A stretch of DNA of 63,017 nucleotides, counting the filler, from Reclinomonas americana ATCC 50394 (taxonomy: Eukaryota): the NCBI GenBank assembly GCA_048213135.1. It is 22 parts of 22 records of this genome, joined end to end, with 100 filler letters (N's around TTAATTAATTAA, not from the genome) between each part and the next. Parts side by side here need not be neighbours in the genome. Positions count along the whole stretch, not along the records: positions 33,218 to 35,487 come from AFZH01024358.1; positions 35,588 to 37,871 come from AFZH01024359.1; positions 37,972 to 41,890 come from AFZH01024361.1; positions 41,991 to 44,784 come from AFZH01024362.1; positions 44,885 to 46,656 come from AFZH01024363.1; positions 46,757 to 47,885 come from AFZH01024364.1; 16 more parts are not named here. The stretch is one strand, 5' to 3'. Position numbers and translations under genes: made by a program. Of the stretch, positions 35,201 to 46,857 are shown one piece after another (position 1 is the stretch's first letter; the number at the start of each line of letters is the position of its first letter). The notes beneath the pieces are model-generated. The model was given only the letters and a program-made list of their open reading frames with translations, was not told the DNA's origin and ran no database searches.

Positions 35201-36363
35201 ATGGCAGATCCCAATTTCTTTCCGATCGCGACCTCGCTGTCCTTCAGCGAGGTCGCTTCCTTGTCGGGTGTAACCTTGCCCGAAAGCGCTGAGCCCGAGC
35301 GCCGGATCGAGGGCGTTGCGCCGCTCGAAACCGCCGGCGGCAGCGATGCCGCCTATATGGACAATCCGAAATATGTCGCGGCCCTGGCCGGAACGAAGGC
35401 CGCGCTCTGCTTCGTTTCGGCGCGCTTCGCGTCGCGCGTGCCGGCCGGCACGGTCGCGTTGGTCACGCCGGTGCCCTATCATGCCTTNNNNNNNNNNNNN
35501 NNNNNNNNNNNNNNNNNNNNNNNNNNNNNNNTTAATTAATTAANNNNNNNNNNNNNNNNNNNNNNNNNNNNNNNNNNNNNNNNNNNNCCAAGCTGCTGTC
35601 GACCTTCCATCCGCAAGCGCTGCGGCCGGGCTCGATGTTCGGCTCGGCCGGGGTCGCTCCTGGCGCCTTCGTGCATGCGACGGCACGCCTCGAAGCCGAT
35701 GTCACGGTCGATCCGGGCGCGGTGATCGGCCCCGGCGCGGAGATCGGCGCCGGCACAGTGATTGGTCCGGGCGCCGTGATCGGCCCGCAGGTGCGGATCG
35801 GGCGGCATTGCGCCGTCGGCGCCGGCTCGACGCTGCAGGCGGCCTTGATCGGCAACCGTGTCATCATCCATCCCGGCGTGCGGATCGGCCAGGACGGCTT
35901 CGGCTTCGCCATGGGCCCGAAAGGGCACATGAAGGTGCCGCAGGTCGGCCGCGTCATCATCCAGGACGATGTCGAGATCGGCGCCAACACGACGATCGAT
36001 CGCGGCGCCAGCCGCGACACGGTGATCGGCGAGGGCAGCAAGATCGATAACCTCGTCCAGATCGGCCATAACTGCGTGGTCGGCCGGCACTGCGTGATCT
36101 GCGCCCAGGTCGGCATGGCGGGCTCGAGCACGCTCGAGGATTTCGCCGTGCTCGGCGGGCAGGTCGGTCTGGCGGGTCATCTGACGATCGGGATGGGCGC
36201 GCAGATCGCGGCGCAGAGCGGCGTCGCCGGCGATGTCCCGCGCGGTGCGCGCTATGGCGGCTACCCGGCGCAGCCGGCGCTGAGCTGGGCGCGGGAGGCT
36301 GCCTTGCTCAAGCAACTCGTGGCCAAGCGTGGCAAAGGGCCGAGTGGCGGCGAAAACGCTTGA
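35201..36363 (+). CDS. lpxD: UDP-3-O-acyl-glucosamine N-acyltransferase (split by the gap 35488-35587)
   Basis: 'GQDGFGF', 'KVPQVGRV', 'IDRG', '[11 protein letters not shown]', hexapeptide repeats. Confidence 0.95.
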
Positions 36364-36452
36364 TCTCACGCCGACTTCCGGCAAAAGCAGCTTTACATGA
36401 CAGGTGACGTGCTTCGGCGCGGGGCGCAGGGCGTTCGAGGAGAGACGACACG

Positions 36453-36911
36453 ATGACGGATGCGACGAAAGCGCTCGGCGTGGCCGATATCCAGAAGATC
36501 ATGGCCTGCATTCCGCATCGCTATCCGTTCCTGCTGGTCGACAAGGTCGTCGAGATCGACGGGGACGCGTCCGGCGTCGGCATCAAGAACGTCACTTTCA
36601 ACGAACCGCAGTTCACCGGGCATTTCCCGGGCCGCCCGGTCTTCCCCGGCGTTCTGATGATCGAAGCCATGGCGCAGACCGCGGGCGTGCTCGTCGTCAG
36701 CGCGCGCGGCAATGACGATCTGGCCGTCACGACCGTGCTGTTCACCACGATCGACAAGGCGAAGTTCCGCAAGCCGGTCGTTCCCGGCGACACGCTGCGC
36801 TTCCACCTCACCAAGATGGCGCACAAGCGCAATATCTGGTTCTACCGCGGCGAGGCCAGGGTCGACGGCGTGCTGGTGGCCGAGGCCGAACTTTCCGCCA
36901 TGGTCGTGTGA
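36453..36911 (+). CDS. fabZ: 3-hydroxyacyl-ACP dehydratase
   Basis: 'IPHRYPFLLVD', 'GHFP..PVFPGVLMIEAMAQ'. Confidence 0.97.
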   Translation: MTDATKALGVADIQKIMACIPHRYPFLLVDKVVEIDGDASGVGIKNVTFNEPQFTGHFPGRPVFPGVLMIEAMAQTAGVLVVSARGNDDLAVTTVLFTTIDKAKFRKPVVPGDTLRFHLTKMAHKRNIWFYRGEARVDGVLVAEAELSAMVV

Positions 36912-36965
36912 GCAAGGGCACCGCGATGCACGCTCCCGTTCCAGACCAGCCGCAGGATACCGTCA

Positions 36966-37774
36966 TGAGCACATCGATCCATCCGATGGCGATCGTCGAT
37001 CCGGCCGCCAAGCTCGGGGCCGGCGTCAAGGTTGGTCCGTTCTGTACGGTCGGCCCCGATGTCGTCCTTGGCGACGGCGTCGAGCTGATCAGCCATGTCG
37101 TCGTTGCCGGGCGTACGACGATCGGACCACGCACCAAGATCTATCCGTTCGCTTCGATCGGCCACCCGCCACAGGATCTGAAGTACAAGGGCGAGCTGTC
37201 GACGCTGGCGATCGGCGCCGATTGCGTGATCCGCGAAGGCGTGACGATGAATCCAGGCACCGAGGGCGGCGGCATGAAGACTGTCGTCGGCGATCGCGGC
37301 CTGTTCCTGGCCAACTCGCATGTCGGTCATGACAGCGTGATCGGCAACAACGTCATCTTCTCCAACAACGTCATGTGCGCCGGGCACGTCACGGTCGGCG
37401 ATTTCGTCATCGTCAGCGGAGGCACCGGGCTGCAGCAGTTCGTCCGGATCGGTGATCACGCTTTCATTGGCGGCGGTTCGGGTGTCCTGCTCGACGTCAT
37501 CCCGTTCGGCATGGTGCGCGACAACCCGGCCCATCTCGCCGGGCTCAATCTCGTCGGTCTGAAGCGCCGCGGCTTCTCGCGCGAGCAGATCCATGAGCTG
37601 CGTCGCGCGTATCGCCTGCTCTTCGCCGACGAAGGCACGCTCGCCGAGCGCGTCGAAGACGTCGCAGCCGAGTTCGCCGAGCATCCGCTGATCCACGAGA
37701 TCCTCGACTTCATCCGCGCCGGCGGCGACCGGGGGATTTCGGTGCCGCGCGACGTCAACGCGCCCGAGCGGTGA
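36966..37774 (+). CDS. lpxA: UDP-N-acetylglucosamine O-acyltransferase (start may be 36908, 36926 or 36966)
   Basis: 'IHPMAIV', 'PQDLKY', 'SHVGHD', 'GLNLVGLKRRGF'. Confidence 0.95.
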
Positions 37775-37871
37775 CCACGAGGACAGCGGATCCGGCCGGA
37801 CAGCCGCAGGGACGGCGCGTCGCCGTCCTGGCCGGCCGTGGCGAGTATCCATTGCGGGTTGCGGGCGCAGC
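37771..37871 (+). CDS. lpxI: UDP-2,3-diacylglucosamine diphosphatase LpxI, N-terminus (3'-truncated)
   Basis: GTG start overlaps the lpxA stop. 'RVAVLAGRGEYP'. Canonical alphaproteobacterial gene order. Confidence 0.7.
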
Positions 37872-37971
37872 NNNNNNNNNNNNNNNNNNNNNNNNNNNNN
37901 NNNNNNNNNNNNNNNTTAATTAATTAANNNNNNNNNNNNNNNNNNNNNNNNNNNNNNNNNNNNNNNNNNNN

Positions 37972-39769
37972 CGGTTGCAGTCGCCATCGCAGGCGCATCG
38001 TTCACGCCGTCGCCGACCATGGCGACCTTGCCTTGCGACCGAAGCTTCTTGATCGCCTCGACCTTGTCTTCCGGCATGAGATCGCCCCAGGCCTCGTCGA
38101 TGCCCACTTGGCCTGCGACCGCCTCGGCGACCTTCTGGTGATCGCCGGAGATCATGATCAGCCGCGTGATGCCTAAGTCGTGCAGGCGGGCGAGCGTAGC
38201 CTTTGCAGCCTCGCGCGGTGTGTCCATCAGTCCAATCGCACCCATATCGCTGTCGCCACGCCGAACCACCATCGTCGTCCGGCCGCTTTCTCGAAGGGAT
38301 GCGATCGCCTGTTGCATCGGTTCGGAGAGGGGAGATACTCCCTCCATCCCAAACATCTCCGCCTTGCCGATCAACACCGTCTCCCCGTCCAGACGCGCCG
38401 ACACGCCCCGTCCGGTCAGACTGTCGAGATCGGTCGCTTCCGGCAGCGTCTTGTCACCGAGCCGCTCGCGTCCGTCCCGCGCGATCGCGCGGGCGAGAGG
38501 GTGGTCGCTCAGGCCCTCGACAGCAATTGCAACCGTCAGCAGTTCATCCTCTGTCACGCCGGGAGCTGGCACGATATCGGTGATACGCGGGTTGCCGGAC
38601 GTCAACGTGCCCGTCTTGTCGAAGGCGATCGCCGTTAGCGATCCCAAATTCTCCAGCGGAGCGCCGCCCTTGATGAGAACGCCGCCGCGCGCGGCGCGCG
38701 CGACCCCCGATAGGACCGCGCTTGGGGTGGCGATGGCAAGCGCGCATGGACTGGCTGCAACGAGCACCGCCATCGCCCGATAGAAGGTATCGCGGAACGG
38801 TTCATCAATGACCAGGCCAGCGAACAAAAGAGCTACCGCCAAAGCCAGCACCGAGGGCACGAAGATGCGCTCGAATGTGTCAGTGAAGCGCTGCGTCGGT
38901 GATTTCTGGGTTTCGGCCTCGCTGACCATTTTTACGACTTTGGCGAGCGTCGTGTCTGAGGACTTGCGGGTGACCTCGATTTCGATGACGCCGCTACCAT
39001 TGATCGTTCCGGCAAAGACGCGATGAGCCGCGGCGACATTGTCGGGATTGGCGCGCGCCACCTCCGCATCATCGACGGGACGCTTGTCCACGGGGATGCT
39101 TTCGCCCGTGACGGGCGCCTGGTTGATGCTGCCGTTGCCCTTGATCAGAAAGCCATCGGCCGGGAGCCTCGAATCCGGCTTTACGACGATGATGTCTCCG
39201 ATCTCCAAGGTCTCGACCGGCACATCTTCAAGATCGTTTCCACGTCGCCGTAGCGCGGTCCTTGGCGCCAGTTCCCCAAGAGCCTCGATTGCGCGCTTGG
39301 CGCGTCCCATGGCATAATGTTCGAGAGAATGGCCGAGGCTGAACAGAAAGAGCAGCAGCGCCCCTTCCGCCCATGCACCAAGCGCGGCAGCCCCGGCTGC
39401 TGCCACCAGCATCAGGGTATCGATCTCGAATTTCTTCAGTCGAAGGTTCTCAATCGCCTCGCGAACCGTGAAGAAGCCGCCGAAAAAATAGGCTCCCATA
39501 TAAAAGGCCAGAGGCAACCAGGCCGGAACACCGAGAGTTTTCTCGATGACATAACCGGCGATTAGCAAAGCCCCACAGAGCAGCGAAAAAATCAGTTCGG
39601 TGTTCGCCCCAAAGATGCCGGCCTCATGGTCGTGGCCGCCCTCCTTTTTACCATGGCTGTGCTGACCGGGCGAATGGTCATGACCGGCGTGAGCATCCGG
39701 CTTAGTGGCGGCATTCGACTTCATGGCATCATCACCAAAGCTATCTCTTTTCAGCTCATTATCGAGCAC
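37972..39769 (-). CDS. Heavy-metal P1B-type ATPase (Cd/Zn/Co), 3'-truncated
   Basis: His-rich N-terminus, TGES, SPC metal motif, DKTGT, 'SDHPL', GDGVND. Confidence 0.95.
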
Positions 39770-40024
39770 GGCGTCTCGCGGAGCCGGCCGGCTAAATCTC
39801 GCTCGTCCAACGCCGCCGAGTGTGTGCCTTTGTGCCGGGTTGCATATTCTGCCTCAGGCGACGATCGAGCCTGGATTTTGTTTGCGTGAAGGATTCAATT
39901 CAGACGACGCATAGGTATCGTCTTTTCAGATCGTGTCACCATCCGGCGCATGTTATGACAATAACAGGCACGGTTCCGAAGAGTTGCCGGCTCCCAAGCA
40001 TCGCCGGCGAGCTCTAAACGATCG

Positions 40025-40333
40025 CTATTCATCTCGCTCGCCAGGCTCATCGCGCCTGCCGTGAGGATGGTCGGGCACGCATTTTCCGGCCATGCAAACA
40101 ACCCTGACAATCGTATGCGAGGTACCAGCACACGTCGCCTCGTAAACCAGAGCTTTGCCGATCGGGGGCAATCTCTCGATACTCAATTGCACGCAGCCGG
40201 CCTCGGCCAAGGCGCTGTTGATGCCACCATCCGCAGCCTGAGCTTTGGAAATCATAATGCAGCTGAGCACGATCAAAAGGCTAGCAAAGATCATCTTCAA
40301 CTGGCGTGAATAACGCTTCAAGTTCAGTACCAT
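40025..40333 (-). CDS. Small exported Cys-containing hypothetical protein
   Basis: Signal-peptide-like N-terminus and four Cys in the mature part. Lies between czcA and the ATPase. Confidence 0.55.
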   Translation of the reverse strand: MVLNLKRYSRQLKMIFASLLIVLSCIMISKAQAADGGINSALAEAGCVQLSIERLPPIGKALVYEATCAGTSHTIVRVVCMAGKCVPDHPHGRRDEPGERDE

Positions 40334-40496
40334 CTCATAGGCCTCTGCTCTTCCGGCACAGCGGTTAGGTTGATCATTGCCTCATCTGGCGTTTGCAAAA
40401 TTTTGGCGTGATAAGACCCTTCCAGGCGCGCCGCACCGGCTCGTCTTCGTGTGCGATCCCACGATTCCATGTCTTGCGCATCAAAAACTCGCACGA

Positions 40497-43400
40497 TTAT
40501 TCGCCTGCGGGATGTAAAACGATCGGCCGCGGAAGAGCATCCGCGGCGACTTCATGCTCATCATTGCGCCGGTGCGGCTGGCCTGAGAAACGCGCATAGA
40601 GTGCCGGAAGCACGACGAGCGTCAGCAGGGTCGCACTGATAAGCCCGCCGATGACCACCGTGGCGAGCGGCCTTTGGACCTCGGCCCCCGTTCCAGTGGC
40701 GAGCGCCATCGGAACGAAGCCCAAGGATGCAACGAGCGCAGTCATGGCAACCGGGCGCAGTCGCACCATCGCCCCTTCCAGAATGGCCTCACGCTTCGGC
40801 ATACCTTCGTCCATGAGCTGCTTGATGAACGTCAGCATGACCAGGCCGTTCAAGACCGCGACGCCCGACAGCGCGATGAAGCCGACGGCTGCTGGAACAG
40901 AAAAGGGCATGCCGCGCAGCCACAGGGCCGCGATTCCACCTGTCAGCGCCAAGGGCACGGCGCTGAACACCAGAATAGCGTCTCGCGCCGATCCAAGCGC
41001 TTGGTAAAGCAGCAGGAAGATCAAGAAAAAGCAGCCCGGTACGACGATCATGAGGCGCTGGCGCGCGGAGGCGAGGTTTTCAAATTGCCCGCCCCAGCTC
41101 ACGTAATATCCTGCCGGCAGCTGGACCTGTTCACCGACCTTGCTTTGAACTTCTGCGACGAGCGAACCGATGTCCCGATCCCGCACGTTCGCGGTCACGA
41201 CGATGCGCCGCTTGCCGTTCTCGCGAGAGATCTGATTGGGCCCTTCCGCCACCGCAAAGGACGCGACCTGCTTCAGTGGGACCGACGACCCACGTCCGGT
41301 CGCCGTTGGCGGAAGCGGGACCGGTATATTCTGCAACGCCTCCAGATTTTCACGCCGCTTGTCGTTGAGACGAACCACGATCGGAAAGCGTCGATCTCCC
41401 TCGAAGACATAGCCAGCCTCGCGTCCGCCGATGGCGGCGCCGATGACTTCCTGGACGGTGAAAAGGCTGAGGCCAAGACGCGCGATCTCTGTCTTGTCGA
41501 CCTTGATTTCAAGGAATGGCAGGCCGGTGGTCTGTTCGACCTTGACGTCCTCAGCCCCTTGCGTGTCGCGCAGAACCGTCGCGATCTGGTTTGCGGCTTG
41601 GAGCATCGGCCCAAATTCCTCGCCGAACACCTTCACCGCGAGGTCGCCACGCGTTCCCGCCAGGAGTTCGTTGAAGCGGAGCTGGATCGGCTGCGAGAAC
41701 TCGTAGTTGTTTCCCGAAAGCTGCGAGAGCGCCTTTTCGATCTGCTCTTGCAGTTCGGCTTTGGGCTGCGCGGGATCAGGCCATTCCGCCTGGGGCTTCA
41801 AGATGATGAAGGTATCGGATGAATTCGGTGGCATCGGGTCGGCCGCCACCTCCGCCGTGCCCGTTTTGGAAAAGACATAGGCAACCTGAGNNNNNNNNNN
41901 NNNNNNNNNNNNNNNNNNNNNNNNNNNNNNNNNNTTAATTAATTAANNNNNNNNNNNNNNNNNNNNNNNNNNNNNNNNNNNNNNNNNNNNTGGCCCTTTC
42001 GACCTTGATCTGCATCGCTTGCGACTGAGACAGCGAAGTGGACGGGATCCGCAATGCGTTCATCGCGATGTTTTTCTCGTCCAGGGTCGGAATGAATTCC
42101 TGGCCGAGCCCTGTGAACACGATGCCTGACAGTACAAATAGCCCAACCGATCCGAGGATGAATGCCATCGGCCGCCGCACCGCGCCTGCCAGCATCGGCC
42201 GGTACCCCGTCTTCATGGCACGAATGAAGATGTTGTCCTTCTCCTGCACCCGGCCGGTGATCGCGATTGCGATGCAGGCTGGAACGAAAGTCAGTGAGAG
42301 GATGAAGGCTGAAACGAGTGCGATGATGACGGTCAGCGCCATCGGTTCGAACATCTTGCCCTCGACGCCGGTGAAGGTAAGAAGCGGGACGTAGACGAGA
42401 ATGATGATGGCTTGCCCAAAAAGCGACGGTTTGATCATCTCCTCGGCCGACTCGATGACCGTGCTGAGGCGCTCGCCTTTCGAGAGCTTGCGTCCGAGTT
42501 CATGTTGACGTTCAGCAAGGTGTCGAAGGCTGTTTTCGGCGATGATAACGGCGCCATCGACGATCAGCCCGAAATCGAGCGCGCCGAGGCTCATCAGGTT
42601 GGCGCTGATGCGGCCTTGGACCATGCCGGTCATCGTCATGAGCATGGCGATGGGGATCACCATGGCGGTGATGATGGCAGCCCGGATGTTGCCGAGGAGC
42701 AAGAACAGCACGACGACGACCAGCGCCGCCCCTTCGGCAAGATTCTTCGCGACCGTCTTGACCGTGGCATCGACGAGCAACGTGCGATTGAGCACCGTCT
42801 TAGCTTCGACGCCAGGAGGCAGCGAACGAACGATCTCCTTCATCTTGGTATCGACCGCCGCCGCAACGGTGCGGCTGTTTCCGCCGATCAGCATCAGCGC
42901 GGTGCCGACCACTACCTCTTGGCCGTTCTCGGATGCGGACCCGGTTCGCAAGTCGCGCCCGATCCGCACTTCAGCAATATCCTTGACCCTGATAGGGACC
43001 CCGCCGCGGGTCGCTACAACGACGTTGCCGATCTCGTCCATGCTTTCGAGGCGGCCCGCGGAACGAACGACGTAGCCTTCCCCATTGTCCTCGAGGTAGC
43101 CGGCACCCCGGTTGGCGTTGTTGGTGTCGAGCGCCGCAGCAATGTCGCTGAAGGACAGGTTGAGACCAACCAGCTTCGCTGGGTCGGGCTGGACGTGATA
43201 TTGTTTCTCGTAGCCGCCGATGCCATCGACGCCGGCGACGCCCAGGACAGTCTTGACCTGGGGACGAATGATCCAATCCTGAACCGTGCGCAGATAGGCT
43301 GCACGTTCAAATTCTGTGGTGAGACTTTGACCCTCAGGGGTCAGGAAGGTTCCATCTTTTTGCCAGCCAGGGCGACCATCGTGGACCGGGGCTCCGTCCG

Positions 43401-43849
43401 AAGGCTTCTTGTACTGGACCGCCCACATATAGATTTCGCCTAGGCCCGTCGAAATCGGGCCCATGCGCGGCTCGGCTCCAGGCGGAAGGCTTGCCTTGGC
43501 CTCGGCCAGTCGTTCGTTGACCTGCTGCCGGGCGAAGTAGAGATCGGTCTTTTCGATTGAAGACGGCCGTGACCTGCGAGAAGCCGTTGCGCGACAGCGA
43601 ACGAGTGTATTCGAGGTTCGGGATGCCTGCCAGGGCGGTTTCGACCGGATAGGTGACCTGCTTTTCAATATCGAACGGCGAGAGCGACGCTGCGGTCGTG
43701 TTGATCTGGACCTGATTGTTCGTGATGTCAGGAACGGCATCGATGGGCAACTTCGTCAAGGAGTAGCCGCCGAAAGCCGCCGCCAGGAGCGACAGAAGGA
43801 GCACGAGCCAGCGCTGATGCACGGAGAAAGCGAGAATGCGGGCGATCAT
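40497..43849 (-). CDS. czcA: CusA/CzcA heavy-metal RND efflux permease (split by a gap; frameshift near 43556)
   Basis: 'LPIDAVPDITNNQVQ', 'ANLMSLGALDFGLIVDG', 'RLRPVAMTA', 'GAEVQRPLA'. Confidence 0.93.
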
Positions 43850-43866
43850 GAGGGTTCGATTCCGTT

Positions 43867-45355
43867 TCAGTCGTCGTGCTTGGCTTCGGTCTTGCCGAGT
43901 TCGGCCTTCAGCAGAAAGGTGTTCTTGACCGCAATCTCATCGGCAGAGGACAGTCCCGAAAGGATCTCCACCACCGCGTCGTCTGCTTGCCCCACCTTCA
44001 CGTCCCTGCGCTGGAAACCCTCAGGTTTGCGCACGAATACAACACGTTCGCCGCCGATCGTTTGCAATGCCGCACGCGGCACGAGGACCTTCGCAGCCTC
44101 GCGGGCGATCTCGATCTCAGCCGTGATGAACGAGCCAGGGCGCCAAAACAGATCTTTGTTCGCGAGCGAGGCGACAACGCGCGCCGAACGCGTTTCCGGA
44201 TTCAAGATCGGGCTTACGAACATGATCTTGGCTTCGGCGCGCCTTTCGTCGTCTCCGCTTGTCGCGATCGAGACTTTTGCGCCCTCGCGGACTTTGCTGA
44301 GATCGCCTGGGGTCACTGTGAGGTCAATCCAGACAATGGAGAGGTCGGCCACGGTATAGAGATCGGCGGGATCGCCTTCCTTGCCGACCGCTGTACCGAC
44401 ATCCACCTTGCGATCGACGATCCGCCCCGGCATTGGAGAGCGAAGTTCGTACTGGCGCAGGCTCGATTGACCTGATCCCCCCGTGTCCTGCCTGGCCGCA
44501 TTCGCAACTTCTGTCGCATCCACGCCGAGAGCGGACAGTTTCTGACGGGCCAGATCGACGCGCAGTTGCGCCTCGGAATAACTTGCCCGGACCTGCAGAT
44601 ATTGCTGCTCGGCCGAAATCCGCTTGTCCCACAGGCCCTGCGCACGATCAAAATTCGTTTTCTGCAGGTCGAAATTCACCGACGCGGTCAGGTATTCGCT
44701 CTTGGCATCGGCAACCTCGCGGCTGTCCAGAACCGCGACCACTTCCCCCTTCTCGACCATCCTCGCCGAGCTGCTTGCGCTACGNNNNNNNNNNNNNNNN
44801 NNNNNNNNNNNNNNNNNNNNNNNNNNNNTTAATTAATTAANNNNNNNNNNNNNNNNNNNNNNNNNNNNNNNNNNNNNNNNNNNNGGGACTGTCCAGTAAA
44901 CCGCGACCACTCCCCTTCTCGACCATCGCGCCGAGCTGCTTGCGCATTTCCGCGACCGTGCCGACCACGCGTGCCGGCACCCGAGCGATCCGGTTGAGGT
45001 CCGGCGTGATCGTGCCAGGCACAATGATATGGCGGGACAGAGCGCCTCCCGCGACGGGGGCAATTTCGATCTCCTGCGCACTGATCTGGTCTTGCGTCAG
45101 CGTGATCACGCCTTCCGTCGATGCCTTGTCGTCGCCGTTCTCAGGCTGCCCGGGCGCGCTGCTCCCGGCTTTTGAAGTCTTGCCGCCGCCCTGGGGACGA
45201 GCGTTCGTTCGATCCTGGGCCCGAGCTTGTTCGACACCCGGCGACGGCTTGAAGCCGACGACACTGCGGATGGCCTGGCCCAGGTAAGGCACGAAAGCGC
45301 CAACGACGATGCCGGCTACGGCAACGAGCGCGAAAAGATAAGCCCGCAGGGTCAT
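43867..45355 (-). CDS. czcB: CzcB/CusB-like RND membrane fusion protein (split across two overlapping contig ends)
   Basis: N-terminal TM, 'ARVPARVVG', 'FLLKAELGK..A.HDD'. Directly upstream of czcA. Confidence 0.9.
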
Positions 45356-45708
45356 TCCATATCCTCTAACGTCACGTTTCGCGCCGGCTACGCCAGCTCG
45401 CATTGAAAGGCATCAAGAGTCACAAACGAGCTCGCGCTTACCGAATTCTTGTCCCATGCCGAAGCGACACTCGGTCAGCACTGCGTAGACCAAGCCGCGG
45501 CACGACAATTCAAGCTGGCAGCGAATGCGCCCGCCTAGATGACGATAACGAGCTTCTAGCACTCGCCAGGTGTTGGTTGTGCGGCAGGAGCCGTGTCGAT
45601 CCGTGCGGGCGCAGCCCAATATGAGCCACTCGGTTTGTTTTGGTGATTAAAGAGTCGCAATCTGCGAAATCGTGTGCCGGCGAAAGGCTGCTGGCCTATA
45701 AGGCAACC

Positions 45709-46176
45709 ATGATTGGATCCGCGACCACCGCTGAAATGCTCTCCCATGTCATGAGCCTTGCCGTAGCATATGCGCTTGCGCTGCCCATCGGCTGGAATCG
45801 GGAACGCGAGGAACGCAGTGCCGGCATCCGGACGTTCCCGCTTGTCGCAATGGCGGCATGTGGGTTCGTGCTCGTCGCCATCGGAGTGCTGGGGGCCAAT
45901 TCTCCTGGTCAGGGACGCATTCTCGAGGGGCTGATGACCGGGGTCGGCTTCATCGGCGGCGGTGCGATTTTGAAGCACGGCACCCAGGCGTTGGGTACGG
46001 CGACGGCTGCAAGTCTCTGGGCGACCGGAGCCTTGGGAGCAGCTGTCGGCTACGGTCTCTATGATATTGCTGCGATCCTGACTGCCGTGACCTATGTGAC
46101 CTTGCGGTACTCGGCGCCACTCAGGAAAGAGCTCCCCGATACTGGCGCACGGGTCACGCCTTCCGATAGAGAGTGA
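45709..46176 (+). CDS. MgtC/SapB family membrane protein
   Basis: 'IGWNRE....SAGIRTFPLVA', 'GVGFIGGGAI', 'TATAASLW'. Confidence 0.9.
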   Translation: MIGSATTAEMLSHVMSLAVAYALALPIGWNREREERSAGIRTFPLVAMAACGFVLVAIGVLGANSPGQGRILEGLMTGVGFIGGGAILKHGTQALGTATAASLWATGALGAAVGYGLYDIAAILTAVTYVTLRYSAPLRKELPDTGARVTPSDRE

Positions 46177-46391
46177 CGCGCGCCGATAAGACCGGATGAG
46201 CGGTTGCCAGGTTCGGTTTGGGGCGGTCCTCGTCCCGTGAAGCTCGTGCTTTCCCCAGCGCCCGCTCAAACAGGCACCTGAGTGCGTCATAGCCTTCGAA
46301 GGCTGGCTTTGTAGCGACATCAGCTTTCCCACACCGCATGCTCGCTGGCTCGTTTGAGGCTTTTTGGCCCACGGTAGCATGAGGATAAAGT

Positions 46392-46656
46392 TCAATCGAA
46401 GATGCGCCCCAGAAATCCGCGCCGGCCACCATGCCCGCCTCCGCCATGGCCACCGCCGCCGTGACCGTTATCTCCGTGGCCACCGCGTGAGTCCCAGCTC
46501 TGCGGTACGTTCTGGGTAGGATAGGCCGCCGGATAGGGCTGCGGCGGCGACCTGCCCCACGGAGCGGTCGCGCCGGGCGGCTGAGCAGAGTCGGCAGCTT
46601 GCCCGCTTGCGGCCCGGTCCATGCCGAAGGGCGCATCCTGCTCCTTGACGCTTCGC
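46392..46656 (-). CDS. C-terminus of a probable zf-TFIIB-family protein with Gly/His-rich tail (5'-truncated)
   Basis: Low-complexity linker ending 'GGHGGGGHGGRRGFLGRIFD*'. Confidence 0.45.
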
Positions 46657-46857
46657 NNNNNNNNNNNNNNNNNNNNNNNNNNNNNNNNNNNNNNNNNNNN
46701 TTAATTAATTAANNNNNNNNNNNNNNNNNNNNNNNNNNNNNNNNNNNNNNNNNNNNTTCTGAAAGCAGAAACCCCGAGAACGCTCGGCGGAGGGGCAGGC
46801 ACCGACACCACCGGCATCTGCCCCCTCAAACCCCGTCGATGGACGGCCAAGGAAGCG

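Noticed and set aside
43550..43562. Frameshift in czcA as a pseudogene or programmed frameshift
   Set aside because: Single-base indel in a low-coverage assembly, with no other decay and no clear slippery site. Probably a sequencing error, though unverified without reads.
44735..44950. Apparent duplication of a czcB segment
   Set aside because: Overlapping low-quality ends of two adjacent contigs.
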